DNA of 64,000 nucleotides, taken from the IMG/VR virus record IMGVR_UViG_3300038696_000205, positions 32,001 through 96,000 of that record. One strand, 5' to 3'. The notes under the pieces are model-generated. The model made no database searches and was not told the DNA's origin. It worked only from the letters and a program-made list of their open reading frames with translations. Positions 8,979-18,434 of the stretch are shown here, piece after piece; position 1 is the first letter of the stretch, and each line of letters begins with the position of its first letter. This DNA comes from a virus. Position numbers and translations under genes: made by a program.

Positions 8979-9215
8979 TTACTCGTTTTCGATTATCCAA
9001 GTTTCAACTTCATCTATGAAGTCGGTAACTTCTTCCTCTTGCTCTTTACCGTCTTCATCATAATAGTCATCGGTAGTTGGTAGAGACACCCCAATCATAG
9101 TTCCTAGGTATTCATCGTTTACCGTGACCTCAACACCATTATCATAATCGTCATTAAAGAATAACCTACATACTACGTTATCATTTGTAGGGGTACTAAA
9201 GCTGAATTGTGACAT
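8979..9215 (-). CDS. Hypothetical acidic protein
   Basis: ORF of 78 aa with own promoter. Confidence 0.65.
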   Translation of the reverse strand: MSQFSFSTPTNDNVVCRLFFNDDYDNGVEVTVNDEYLGTMIGVSLPTTDDYYDEDGKEQEEEVTDFIDEVETWIIENE

Positions 9216-9260
9216 AATTTATTTGTTTTATTTGTTCTTAACAAAGATACGAATTAATAT

Positions 9261-9705
9261 TTAGTCTACCAAATTATTTTTAAATAAAATCAATAATTCT
9301 TCTCTATTCATAAAATGTAGTTTGGTATCACCATCTTGACTATAAAAATGTAGTATAGGGTACATTTTACCTTCTTCCTTATCGTACTCTATTAATATGG
9401 TTTCACCGTTTAAAGTCTCAAATGTATGTTCATCGCTTTTACGCTTAGGGTCGTTCACCATTAGTAAAACCAACTTGTTCATATCACTATTGGTCATTGT
9501 AAAGTACACCCACTTGAAACACGTTGGTTTATTTGAATGTACGCTTACCTTTTGCGTTTTTAAAACTTAGGGTCGAATGTGTTGTCGTCTTGGTCATTTC
9601 GGCTATCTCATAACCACCAAAGGACATCTTGCTATTAACGGTCTGGGCATTACCCACCCAAGAGGTTAATAGAATTACGATTAAGAATTTTAGTGAAGTT
9701 TTCAT
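9261..9705 (-). pseudogene. Putative secreted protein with a +1 frameshift in an A5 run (9557-9561)
   Basis: Signal-peptide-like MKTSLKFLIVILLTSWVGNA at 9705; removing one A joins it in frame to ORF 9261-9509. Confidence 0.5.
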
Positions 9706-9760
9706 GGTTGTTTTTATTTGTTCATAGTAAAGATACGAATTAAAAACTAGACCACCAAAT

Positions 9761-10078
9761 TTATTTCCTAATAAATGCGAATAATTTTCTCTTTTTAAGA
9801 TAATTTAGTTTCTTCTCGTTTTTATAGGCTTCCTTCTCAAAGATTATATTCATATAAGCCGTTTTAACATCACCGTACTTTAAATACTGTATAAGAAAAT
9901 CAAATGCGTACCAAATATAAAATAATATTATCAATAATTCAAGTTGTTGTCTTAAATGAATATTCTCATGATTCAATCTAACTTGTGTAGCTTTCGACAT
10001 ATCCTTGAAAATGATAAAAGGGAATATCGTAATTGCAGCATATCCCCTTGGTACTAAATACTTATTGATTATTGTCAT
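9761..10078 (-). CDS. Membrane-associated HExxH protein of a type common in Bacteroidota
   Basis: AITIFPFII...NHENIHLRQQLELLIILFYIWY; preceded by ATATTTATA. Confidence 0.65.
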   Translation of the reverse strand: MTIINKYLVPRGYAAITIFPFIIFKDMSKATQVRLNHENIHLRQQLELLIILFYIWYAFDFLIQYLKYGDVKTAYMNIIFEKEAYKNEKKLNYLKKRKLFAFIRK

Positions 10079-10120
10079 AACTTTGGTTAATTTCTATATA
10101 AATATGTAACAATGATAGAA

Positions 10121-10471
10121 TTAGTTTGTCCTATCTTCAATAAATGATTCAATTGTTTCATAAAAATCCTTATTTACCCAAGTTTCACCCTCATATTCTT
10201 TCTCAAATTCAGCAGTAAGGTTTGATGCTAGTGCGGATATACTCATTTTACCCTTCATTAAGCGCATTTCTCTAACTGGATTACCCAATACATCACAAAG
10301 ATATAATAGTTCGCTAGTGACCTCGAAAAACGTTTCCTGATAGGATACAAAGCCATTGGGCATATCTTCCGTGATTGCGGTCATAATATCCCAAGCACCC
10401 TCAACATTTTTTGGGTTACCATCTTTAATTGGCATAATTTTCATCTTGTTTGTTTTATTTGTTCTTAGCAA
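10121..10471 (-). CDS. Hypothetical protein
   Basis: ORF; true start probably MKIMPIK. Confidence 0.6.
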   Translation of the reverse strand: MLRTNKTNKMKIMPIKDGNPKNVEGAWDIMTAITEDMPNGFVSYQETFFEVTSELLYLCDVLGNPVREMRLMKGKMSISALASNLTAEFEKEYEGETWVNKDFYETIESFIEDRTN

Positions 10472-10507
10472 AGATACTAAATAAAAACTAATCTACCAAA
10501 TTTATTT

Positions 10508-10684
10508 TTATTCATCTGATTTACTTAGTCCAAGCCCACATAAAAATCCACCTGATAACATAATTATAACATACATTATCATAAATTTAGGTGACGTAAA
10601 TAATAATTCATAATAAAACATCACCGATGAAAACCCAATAGCTAATAATAAAAGCCCTATAATCGTTATGTTATGTGATTTCAT
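10508..10684 (-). CDS. Small two-TM membrane protein (58 aa)
   Basis: MKSHNITIIGLLLLAIGFSSVMFYY...; overlaps the stop of the upstream ORF. Confidence 0.5.
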   Translation of the reverse strand: MKSHNITIIGLLLLAIGFSSVMFYYELLFTSPKFMIMYVIIMLSGGFLCGLGLSKSDE

Positions 10685-10868
10685 TTTTTTCTGTTTTAAG
10701 ATTTTTGATTTGTTTTTTATATTTCCCTAACAATTCCTCATGCATACCATCATTTAATAGTTTCAACTTGTTTAGATATTTTCCCACTCCACAATTTTCA
10801 ATGGTCTTCGTTCCCATCCTTAAACCTCTTAAACCATTTTCAATTCTAGTGATATATAATTTTTCCAT
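10671..10868 (-). CDS. Hypothetical protein
   Basis: ORF of 65 aa. Confidence 0.6.
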   Translation of the reverse strand: MEKLYITRIENGLRGLRMGTKTIENCGVGKYLNKLKLLNDGMHEELLGKYKKQIKNLKTEKNEIT

Positions 10869-10909
10869 ACTACAAATATAACTGATTAATTATTAATTTA
10901 CGAATATTT

Positions 10910-11500
10910 CTACGATTTAATTTCTAAACCTTCATACCACTTATCTTCGATATGCTCACTAATACCATTGGTACTCAAATTATCACCATAGAACCCATAA
11001 CAAGAGTCTATATGGTCGCCATTTTCATCGGTTACCTCAAAACCATATACCTCACCACTAATCCAATTATTAAGCGTATCAACCTCTGAAACCGCAATAT
11101 CGTTAGCCATCTTAATATATTTCTTGGTAACGTTTTTAATTCCCCAATTCTCCCTGATATCTTTTTTGGTTACAACTACGAACCCAATGGTTCCAGAATC
11201 CCACCTACAATTAAATGGGTACCCATTGCTAGTGCTGATTGAAGTGCCAGAATGTTGATATAGGTTAACGGGAATGACTACAGCGCAGTCAAGTTCTTTA
11301 CTGATTTTTTCAGCACCATCGATTTTAAAACTATCCCGACTATCATAATCGGGTAAGTTGATATTGTGCTTATCACCCAAATGGTTATGCCTACCAAAGA
11401 AAATCATTTCACTTAGGTTATACCAATTTCTAGGTGACTCGGAATCTGTATCGTTTACTATCTTAATTGTTTCGTTTCCTAATGTGAATTCAGTTATCAT
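10910..11500 (-). CDS. Hypothetical phage protein
   Basis: ORF of 196 aa; DSESPRNW, YQHSG and DSCYGFYG motifs; own promoter. Confidence 0.75.
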   Translation of the reverse strand: MITEFTLGNETIKIVNDTDSESPRNWYNLSEMIFFGRHNHLGDKHNINLPDYDSRDSFKIDGAEKISKELDCAVVIPVNLYQHSGTSISTSNGYPFNCRWDSGTIGFVVVTKKDIRENWGIKNVTKKYIKMANDIAVSEVDTLNNWISGEVYGFEVTDENGDHIDSCYGFYGDNLSTNGISEHIEDKWYEGLEIKS

Positions 11501-11565
11501 GTTGTTTGTTTTATTTGTTCAATACAAAGATACTAAATAAAAATAACCCTACCAAATAAAATTCA

Positions 11566-11811
11566 CTATTCCTTATAATATTTTTCTAAGCTATACTCTT
11601 TAAGTTTAGCTCTGTTTTTAGCCAACACAACTTTAACGGACTCATTATCCATGCTCCAAACATTGGAACTTATTAATCCCTGTATTAGTTTTTCATCATT
11701 TTTTAACTCTAGGTATTTTTTCTTACGTAGTCTATACGCCCTCCAATCTTCAAAAGAATACAGCAACTCAAAAAAAAAGAATAGAATATTTAAAAATAAT
11801 TTCTTAATCAT
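11566..11811 (-). CDS. Hypothetical protein
   Basis: ORF of 81 aa. Confidence 0.5.
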   Translation of the reverse strand: MIKKLFLNILFFFFELLYSFEDWRAYRLRKKKYLELKNDEKLIQGLISSNVWSMDNESVKVVLAKNRAKLKEYSLEKYYKE

Positions 11812-11999
11812 AATTATTTAAGATTATAAAATTGTTCAAGTTGTTCTAACTCGTTTTCATCTTCACTTGTATCGTTATCCCTATTCTTATCATATTGAAT
11901 AGAAGCGATTAAAGTACCCCTATGTAAGTTTACATGGAATTTACTTGCACTAGGTTTAAAGTTATATGTTTTCATAAGTCAAAGATACGAATTAAAGTC

Positions 12000-12320
12000 T
12001 TATAACCCAAATGTTTTAACATTTTTTATTTCCTTAAATTCAAATATGATTTTCTTAGGGAATAAAAAATTCTTAAAACTAATTTCCTCCCTAGTCATAT
12101 TAACTGGATTACCTTTTGAATCAAAAGGGGAAACCTCATATAATTTATTATTGATATGAACCTCACCATCCGTAAAAAACCATGAGATATATGAGTAATT
12201 ATAGTCCAGGCGTTCCAATTCACTCTTTAACAAGTGCGCACCAATACAACCTGATTTAGACCATGTTTGATAACCTCTGTTTATTATCCTATTGGTTAGT
12301 TTTGTTATTATAGTTTCCAT
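12000..12320 (-). CDS. Hypothetical protein
   Basis: ORF of 106 aa preceded by ATATTTATA. Confidence 0.6.
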   Translation of the reverse strand: METIITKLTNRIINRGYQTWSKSGCIGAHLLKSELERLDYNYSYISWFFTDGEVHINNKLYEVSPFDSKGNPVNMTREEISFKNFLFPKKIIFEFKEIKNVKTFGL

Positions 12321-12417
12321 AATTAACGTATTTATTATATAAATATACTGCTTTTTTATATAAAAAACAAAAAAAAGGCACTAAAAAGCACTTTTTTAAC
12401 ATATTTTACCCTAAAAC

Positions 12418-12816
12418 CTAGATATTCCTATTTAAAATCTCGTAACCATCATCTTTGAATTTTGTTAACATACTCTATTTCCATGTTTGGAAATCCTTAT
12501 GTTTCTTCAATTTTGACAATAAAAGGGGAAAGTTTACAGTATAATGTTTTTCATCCTTGGATAAACACCAACCTTTTGACTGATTTACGGTTACAAAGTT
12601 GTAATTTTCAACAATTTCAAGAATTTCGCTCTCGGTTTCTAAGTTTCCGTACTTCTTATGTACCTCGTTTGAGTTACTGGATAGGTCGTTAGGACCTCCC
12701 TGACCTCGATTGGACACATCGCAGATATATTCCCCATTATCCCATAACTCGCCACTAAAACAAGCCGTTTCTTCTGATAACGCTTCATTGAATTTAATCT
12801 TTCTTACTTCTAATAT
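12418..12816 (-). pseudogene. Phage protein lacking a canonical start and carrying an internal TAG
   Basis: LSEETACFSG...SNRGQGGP motif; the listed GTG lies inside the -7 box; the frame continues after TAG at 12475 (SMLTKFKDDGYEILNRNI). Confidence 0.5.
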
Positions 12817-12919
12817 AACTGAATTGTTTATTTGTTCAATACTCCCGTTGGTCGGGCTTACCACAAAGATACAAAATAAAAACTAATCTACCAAATTAAT
12901 GATAGATTAGTTTTATAAT

Positions 12920-13255
12920 TTAAGCCTGTTGTGGAGAATTAACCCCATCGGCAAACAAACCACCAAATTTAAAATCAACACCACCTTTCGTAGAGAAAAT
13001 ATCGCTATCTTCATTACCATAGGTTAGGATAATATCAATATCCTTATGCTCGGTCAATTCTAGCTCGGCTATTGCTTCTGCAATTGTCATTGGTTCAATG
13101 TCACCGAATTCACTTATGAATATTTCTCGGTAATCATCATGCTCACTAAAGATAGTTACATTCTGCTTTCCGCAATATCTTGTGATAGTTCCCAATAACG
13201 GTTTATTGGGTTGGTTACTCGTTTTTAACTTGTCAATTAATTCTTGAACTGTCAT
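12920..13255 (-). CDS. Hypothetical protein
   Basis: ORF of 111 aa with own promoter. Confidence 0.65.
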   Translation of the reverse strand: MTVQELIDKLKTSNQPNKPLLGTITRYCGKQNVTIFSEHDDYREIFISEFGDIEPMTIAEAIAELELTEHKDIDIILTYGNEDSDIFSTKGGVDFKFGGLFADGVNSPQQA

Positions 13256-13334
13256 GATATTATTGTTTTGTTTTAATGTTAATCAAAGATACAAAATAAA
13301 AACTAACCCACCAAATAAATGATGGGTTATTTTT

Positions 13335-13715
13335 TTAAAAGAATTTATCTCCAATGGATAAATTAAAAGTCTCCTCAAACCAATCCCATATATCGTATTT
13401 ATGCGTGCCAACTACAAAATGTAAAAATTCTTCTTCTATGTGTTCATCTTCTTCTTCGTCACATGGAATATCTCCCAACTTAACCCAAAGTGCCTTGTAA
13501 TCAATATCCATTAAATATGAATCCGTATTACATTCTGGACAACCCTTTAGAAAGTCACGCTCACTAGGTTCATCATTTAACCTTTGCACCGCACCACCAG
13601 TTTGCTCGGTTGCCGTTGGTGTCTCGTTTTCATCGTTGATGTCGAACTCAACCAAGATAAGGTCTTCTTCATCACCGTACCACCCACAATTATTACACTC
13701 ACAAAAATTTTTCAT
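13335..13715 (-). CDS. Zn-ribbon-containing hypothetical protein
   Basis: CNNCGW...CPEC; C-terminal GTHKYDIWDWFEE motif. Confidence 0.7.
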   Translation of the reverse strand: MKNFCECNNCGWYGDEEDLILVEFDINDENETPTATEQTGGAVQRLNDEPSERDFLKGCPECNTDSYLMDIDYKALWVKLGDIPCDEEEDEHIEEEFLHFVVGTHKYDIWDWFEETFNLSIGDKFF

Positions 13716-13794
13716 AACGCTTGTTTTATTTGTTCCCTACAAAGATACTAAATAAAAATAACCCTACCAAATATTTGATAAGGTTATTTTATAT

Positions 13795-14001
13795 TTATTT
13801 AACCACATAGTATTCACTTGACACACTCAAAAAATATTTCCAATCGTTTTCGGTAGAGTTTTCATCAGAATCAAACTCATATTGGCTAACTGGGTGAGTT
13901 CTATATTTTACAAAAAACTTACCATCAATATATTTTCTAATGGTAAAGGTTCGTTTACTTTTATTTGACGTTACCTTAATCGTTTCTCTTTGTTTTCTCA
14001 T
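13795..14001 (-). CDS. Hypothetical protein
   Basis: ORF of 68 aa. Confidence 0.6.
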   Translation of the reverse strand: MRKQRETIKVTSNKSKRTFTIRKYIDGKFFVKYRTHPVSQYEFDSDENSTENDWKYFLSVSSEYYVVK

Positions 14002-14043
14002 AATACATGCTCTATAACGGCAGTTACATTAGGAGCTTTTACG

Positions 14044-14262
14044 TTATTCGCCTAATGAAACAGTAACCTCGGTATCACTATACCACTCGTTTACATGAAT
14101 TATCTCGGTATATATATCGGAATCTTCTGGAGCAAGTCCTGCGGTGTTAGCTTGCTCTAGAATGGCATCCGCAATGTTTTGCGCCATCTCGTTCTTATCT
14201 TCATCACTTGTGATTTTATCACTTGTGGTAATCGTAACCATAAATCTAGTTTCCTTATTCAT
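14044..14262 (-). CDS. Hypothetical protein
   Basis: ORF of 72 aa with own promoter. Confidence 0.65.
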   Translation of the reverse strand: MNKETRFMVTITTSDKITSDEDKNEMAQNIADAILEQANTAGLAPEDSDIYTEIIHVNEWYSDTEVTVSLGE

Positions 14263-14305
14263 TTTGTTTGTTTTATTTGTTCAATACAAAGATACGAATT
14301 AAAAT

Positions 14306-14578
14306 CTAATCTACCAAACTATTTTTATAATATAATTCAAAACTTCTGTTCTTATAATCATCTGAATTATACCACTTATTTAAAGCACATTCCCATTTGA
14401 AGTCTTTAAATTTATTATAGTAGCTAGCATCACAACGTCTATTTTTTAAATAGAACTTATCCAAAATTTCCTGTTCATCAACACCCTCTAAAATAACCTC
14501 ACTAATGTTGAATCTCTCATTACCAGAAAAATTATAGTGGTCTATTTTTCTAACATATTCCTGTACAATAGCTTACAT
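14306..14578 (-). pseudogene. 90-codon gene with TAA at codon 2 (ATG TAA GCT...)
   Basis: Promoter near 14606, ATG at 14578, then an open frame AIVQEYVRKIDHY...YYKNSLVD to TAG at 14306. Confidence 0.65.
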
Positions 14579-14702
14579 AATATATTTGTTTATTTGTTGC
14601 TTAATCAAAGATACGATTAATAATCTTATAAACCTAATAATATTTAAACAAAAATAAATTAAAATATGTTTGGTAGAACCAAATAAAAGCCGTATCTTTA
14701 CG

Positions 14703-14769
14703 GTGTACAAAGATACGGGCTGACCTAGCAAGTTAGAAGAGTAGACTCCGACCTACCTTATACTCAAAT
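14703..14769 (+). ncRNA. Repeated structured RNA family, copy 4
   Basis: GTGTACAAAGATACGGGCTGACCTAGCAAGTTAGAAGAGTAGACTCCGACCTACCTTATACTCAAAT; own promoter; hairpin at 14788-14811. Confidence 0.7.
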
Positions 14770-14870
14770 TAAAATAAAAAATAAAAATAGGGTGCGAATC
14801 ACCACACCCTACTCTAATATAAAAAATAAAACAACCAAATTATGGAATATCTGGTATTTTTTAATAACTT

Positions 14871-15071
14871 CTAAGGTTGGTAGAAGTCAATTAATATTTC
14901 AAAAATCCCTAAATCAGGATTATATTCTATAAATTCTTCAATCGATAAATTTGTATTATCGTTCTTAGCTATATATGCATCCCATGCATCACATACCGTA
15001 ATAAATCCACAATCGGAACTTACAGTTCCAATTATTTCTTCATCTAAATCGTGCAATTGTATTCCGCTCAT
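14871..15071 (-). CDS. Hypothetical protein
   Basis: ORF of 66 aa with own promoter. Confidence 0.6.
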   Translation of the reverse strand: MSGIQLHDLDEEIIGTVSSDCGFITVCDAWDAYIAKNDNTNLSIEEFIEYNPDLGIFEILIDFYQP

Positions 15072-15145
15072 ATTCTTATATTTATTTGTTGCTTAATCAA
15101 AGATACGATTAATAATCGTATAAACCTAATTTAATTTCATTAAAA

Positions 15146-15352
15146 TTAATCCTCTTGATATACAAAAGGTTGTATTGTAATTGAATCGGAAGCATCCTGT
15201 AATACGCTAACATCAATATTAACACCCTCGAAATTAAGTGTATTAAAATCTTCATCCATATAACACCACATACCATTTTTATTGTAAACCACAATATTAA
15301 CTTGTGGGAAAAATGATTTTACATGTTGAAATGCTGTAACTACTTTTGACAT
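15146..15352 (-). CDS. Hypothetical protein
   Basis: ORF of 68 aa with own promoter. Confidence 0.6.
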   Translation of the reverse strand: MSKVVTAFQHVKSFFPQVNIVVYNKNGMWCYMDEDFNTLNFEGVNIDVSVLQDASDSITIQPFVYQED

Positions 15353-15435
15353 AACATTTTTTTTTATTGCTTAATCAAAGATACAAATAAAAATCCTAAC
15401 TACCAAAAGTAATTAGGATTTTTATTAATTAATTT

Positions 15436-16263
15436 TTATGCATTAACAACCTCGTTATTTTCTACATTAATAATAAAGTCGTTATTATCTAGGTTATCCT
15501 TATTAACCCCTTTTGTGCCCTTGCCAGTCATTAACTTATACTTTAGACCTACAATGACATTATCCTTATCTAAGAACCTTAAATCGCTTTCGTCACCGTT
15601 AACAACCTCATAGCCCATATAAGTTTTAGGTAAGTCGCTTTCGTTACGTACACCAAAAACCATAGCAACATTATGACCGTTTTTTAACATTGCCATACTT
15701 TTTTCATCGTTCGTTTCAGAACGGCTAAAAGTTAAATGCAAATTTTTAGGTAGGCCGGCATTATACCTTAAATAATTTTTGGTATAATCGTAAAATTGAA
15801 TTTCAGGAAATAACTCAAAGATATTTTTACCATCTTTAATCTTAAATTTCTCAAATCTAATATCAGCCGTACCGTTTAAACGTACTGCAAACTTTTTATA
15901 CCTTAATACATCACCGTTACGTTTTAGCGTTAAATCGCCTAATATGGCATCATGCTTTGCTTCTATTTTAGTTAGTTCATCTACCAACTGGTTAAGAAAT
16001 TTTACCCTATCGGCTAAAAAATACTCGGTCTTATTAACTTTGCCCGCTTGAACTTTGTCGAACCTAGCAGCACCACTACTAAAGAGACAAGCAGCAGCAC
16101 AACCCTTGCTCGCATGACTACATAAATTGATACCCTTACTATTTTGGGTAAAAGGAGACATATACATTATATAAGTGGTATATGAAAATTTTTCACCCTT
16201 AATGGTTTTGCTATTTTCAGTAGATAATAAATTGTTGGGAACTCGGTAATTTAAAGTTTTCAT
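15436..16263 (-). CDS. Gene product 88 (GP88) family phage protein
   Basis: NLCSHASKGCAAACL, RLNGTADI, IQFYDYTK, LTFSRSE and GDESDLRFLD motifs. Confidence 0.75.
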   Translation of the reverse strand: MKTLNYRVPNNLLSTENSKTIKGEKFSYTTYIMYMSPFTQNSKGINLCSHASKGCAAACLFSSGAARFDKVQAGKVNKTEYFLADRVKFLNQLVDELTKIEAKHDAILGDLTLKRNGDVLRYKKFAVRLNGTADIRFEKFKIKDGKNIFELFPEIQFYDYTKNYLRYNAGLPKNLHLTFSRSETNDEKSMAMLKNGHNVAMVFGVRNESDLPKTYMGYEVVNGDESDLRFLDKDNVIVGLKYKLMTGKGTKGVNKDNLDNNDFIINVENNEVVNA

Positions 16264-16342
16264 GTTGTTTGTTTTTTTGTTCAATACAAAGATACAATAT
16301 ATAATTGAATTGACCTAATAATATTAAATAAAATTTACTTAA

Positions 16343-16576
16343 TTAAAATGAACCTATAAGAGTCTGTTTAACCTGACTACCATAGCACCAACTACCATTA
16401 TCCAAAACCAGTATAACACTACGACCCCTTACATCAACCCATGGCACTTCTTCAACATCATCACCAGACTTGTTAACACAATTAATTTCAATACCTTTAA
16501 CCACCACTAACTTAGGCGCATCACTACCAAAACAACCCCTCCAAGATACTACATCACCAACTTTTAAATTTACCAT
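16343..16576 (-). CDS. Hypothetical protein
   Basis: ORF of 77 aa with own promoter. Confidence 0.6.
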   Translation of the reverse strand: MVNLKVGDVVSWRGCFGSDAPKLVVVKGIEINCVNKSGDDVEEVPWVDVRGRSVILVLDNGSWCYGSQVKQTLIGSF

Positions 16577-16630
16577 AATTTCTATTGTTTTATTTGTTCA
16601 ATCAAAGATACAAATTAATATCTTATAAAC

Positions 16631-16789
16631 CTAATTTCCCTTATGTGATTTTAAAAACATTATAGAATTTTCATAATTCTTAATCATTTTAAAATAAGCC
16701 TTAATTATAATATCATTATCTTTAGTAAGAACTTCTAACCTTACCTTATACAATTGATATTCCAATAATTTAATAGCTAACCATTTCAT
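16631..16789 (-). CDS. Small hypothetical protein (52 aa)
   Basis: MKWLAIKLLEYQLYKVRLE... Confidence 0.45.
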   Translation of the reverse strand: MKWLAIKLLEYQLYKVRLEVLTKDNDIIIKAYFKMIKNYENSIMFLKSHKGN

Positions 16790-16791
16790 AA

Positions 16792-17019
16792 TTATAATTC
16801 TTTTAATTCATAATCCCTAGTACCAAAACCATTTACAAATAACCATGCCCGTATTTCATTCTTAGCATCATCGCCAATAGATTTTTCTATATTAAAAAAT
16901 AACTTAGGAATATCATTAACAATCTCATATACATCAATAAATATAATACCATTAAGTTCAGCCTTACCATTGCGAACCCGTGTTTGTTTATCAACCGTAA
17001 AATAAAGTCTACCTTTCAT
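16792..17019 (-). CDS. Hypothetical protein
   Basis: Likely start MKGRLYF downstream of the promoter near 17044. Confidence 0.55.
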   Translation of the reverse strand: MKGRLYFTVDKQTRVRNGKAELNGIIFIDVYEIVNDIPKLFFNIEKSIGDDAKNEIRAWLFVNGFGTRDYELKEL

Positions 17020-17151
17020 AACTCCTGTTTTAATCGTTCCCCACAAAGATACAAAACAATATCTTATAAACCTAATAAAAACATAACGAAAATAAAATAA
17101 AAATAATTGCAATTATGTTTGGTGGAACCAATTATTAATCGTACCTTTACA

Positions 17152-17219
17152 ATGTGCAAGAGACACGGGCTGACCCAGCAAGTCAGAAGAGTAGACTCCA
17201 CCGAACCCTATACCCAAAT
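17152..17219 (+). ncRNA. Repeated structured RNA family, copy 5
   Basis: ATGTGCAAGAGACACGGGCTGACCCAGCAAGTCAGAAGAGTAGACTCCA...; own TTTG/TACCTTTA promoter. Confidence 0.7.
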
Positions 17220-17289
17220 TTTAAATTAATAAAAAAATTTGCAAAGATAAGAAATAAATCCTACCCTCGCAAATCTTTTATGTTAAATC

Positions 17290-18219
17290 TTATACCGCCA
17301 TCTCACTAGCCGCAAATTTGAAACTCTTATCATTAATGGTATAGTTACCACTTAACATAAGGCTCTCAACCCTCCCATTGTCACGCTTAGGGGCGTTTCT
17401 ATCATGTGTTGACCATCTAGTAAACCCACTATGTAATCCCCATAGATTTTTGCCCTTATCAGATATTTGATGCCCTATATTACCATATATGGTGTCCAAT
17501 ACATTTTCAACCCTAGTAGGCAAATCTTGGTCTAACCTACTATACCCATAAACAGTCTTAACCGCCCTATGTATAGTCTTATCGTTAATATCGAACCTAC
17601 TAAATTTATTGTAGGTGTCAACCAAATTTAAAGAGTTACGCAATTGACGTTCTATCAAAGTTGGTAATTCCCCTTTACGTACATTTAAACTAGCAGTATG
17701 TTTCAACTTACTCTGACCATCTTTGTAAAATTGATAAAATTGATTCATACAACTTACAGTCAAATCACCCACACCAACACTTAAACCAGTACTACCATCA
17801 TTACTATCGACCAAGGTAATATAACGCTTAATTACATCACCGTTTACATCACCATCACCCTCTATCGATAATTGTAAAAATACCTTTCGACCACCATTAA
17901 TACTACCACCCTTAACAACGTCCAAAGTATTTGAATACTTACTAGGTAAATTCCCAATACCCTCCAACATTAATTCCACAATTTCATCATTCTGCGAAAC
18001 CGTATAACCCTTTTTAACACTATTGATAATCTCACCAGTCTTATCATTGTATAACATAAAATAAGGGGTCTTAACCTCCTCGATACATTCTACCATACCA
18101 CCATTATCACCAATGGTCAAACCATTACGCAAAGCAACACTAGGTAACTTCTCAATCCTGAAATCTAAATCATACTTAATTAAAATTTCCCTCGCCAATA
18201 CATCTAAATTCTTATCCAT
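17290..18219 (-). CDS. DUF932-family phage/plasmid early protein
   Basis: GGRKVFLQL, DSNDGS and VSCMNQF motifs; 309 aa. Confidence 0.7.
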   Translation of the reverse strand: MDKNLDVLAREILIKYDLDFRIEKLPSVALRNGLTIGDNGGMVECIEEVKTPYFMLYNDKTGEIINSVKKGYTVSQNDEIVELMLEGIGNLPSKYSNTLDVVKGGSINGGRKVFLQLSIEGDGDVNGDVIKRYITLVDSNDGSTGLSVGVGDLTVSCMNQFYQFYKDGQSKLKHTASLNVRKGELPTLIERQLRNSLNLVDTYNKFSRFDINDKTIHRAVKTVYGYSRLDQDLPTRVENVLDTIYGNIGHQISDKGKNLWGLHSGFTRWSTHDRNAPKRDNGRVESLMLSGNYTINDKSFKFAASEMAV

Positions 18220-18367
18220 AATATAACAGTTTAATTATTGTTCATGGCAAAGATATAACTTAATATCTTATAAACCTAATATTTTAATTAAAAACTTTAA
18301 AATAATTTTATTTAAAAACTTTAACATATTATATTTTGTAGAACCAATTATTAATCGTACCTTTACA

Positions 18368-18434
18368 ATGTACAAAGATACAGGCTGACCTAACAAGTTA
18401 GAAGAGTGGACTCCGACCTACCCTATATCGAAAT
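18368..18434 (+). ncRNA. Repeated structured RNA family, copy 6
   Basis: ATGTACAAAGATACAGGCTGACCTAACAAGTTAGAAGAGTGGACTCCGACCTACC...; own promoter. Confidence 0.7.

Noticed and set aside
2683-18434. Six-copy RNA as a hammerhead ribozyme, tRNA fragment, CRISPR array or TIGR array
   Set aside because: It lacks the CUGANGA/GAAA core and a cloverleaf. Copies are dispersed rather than tandem, and the segments flanking CUGA are conserved rather than spacer-like. No Cas (other than TnpB) or Nop-domain gene was seen.
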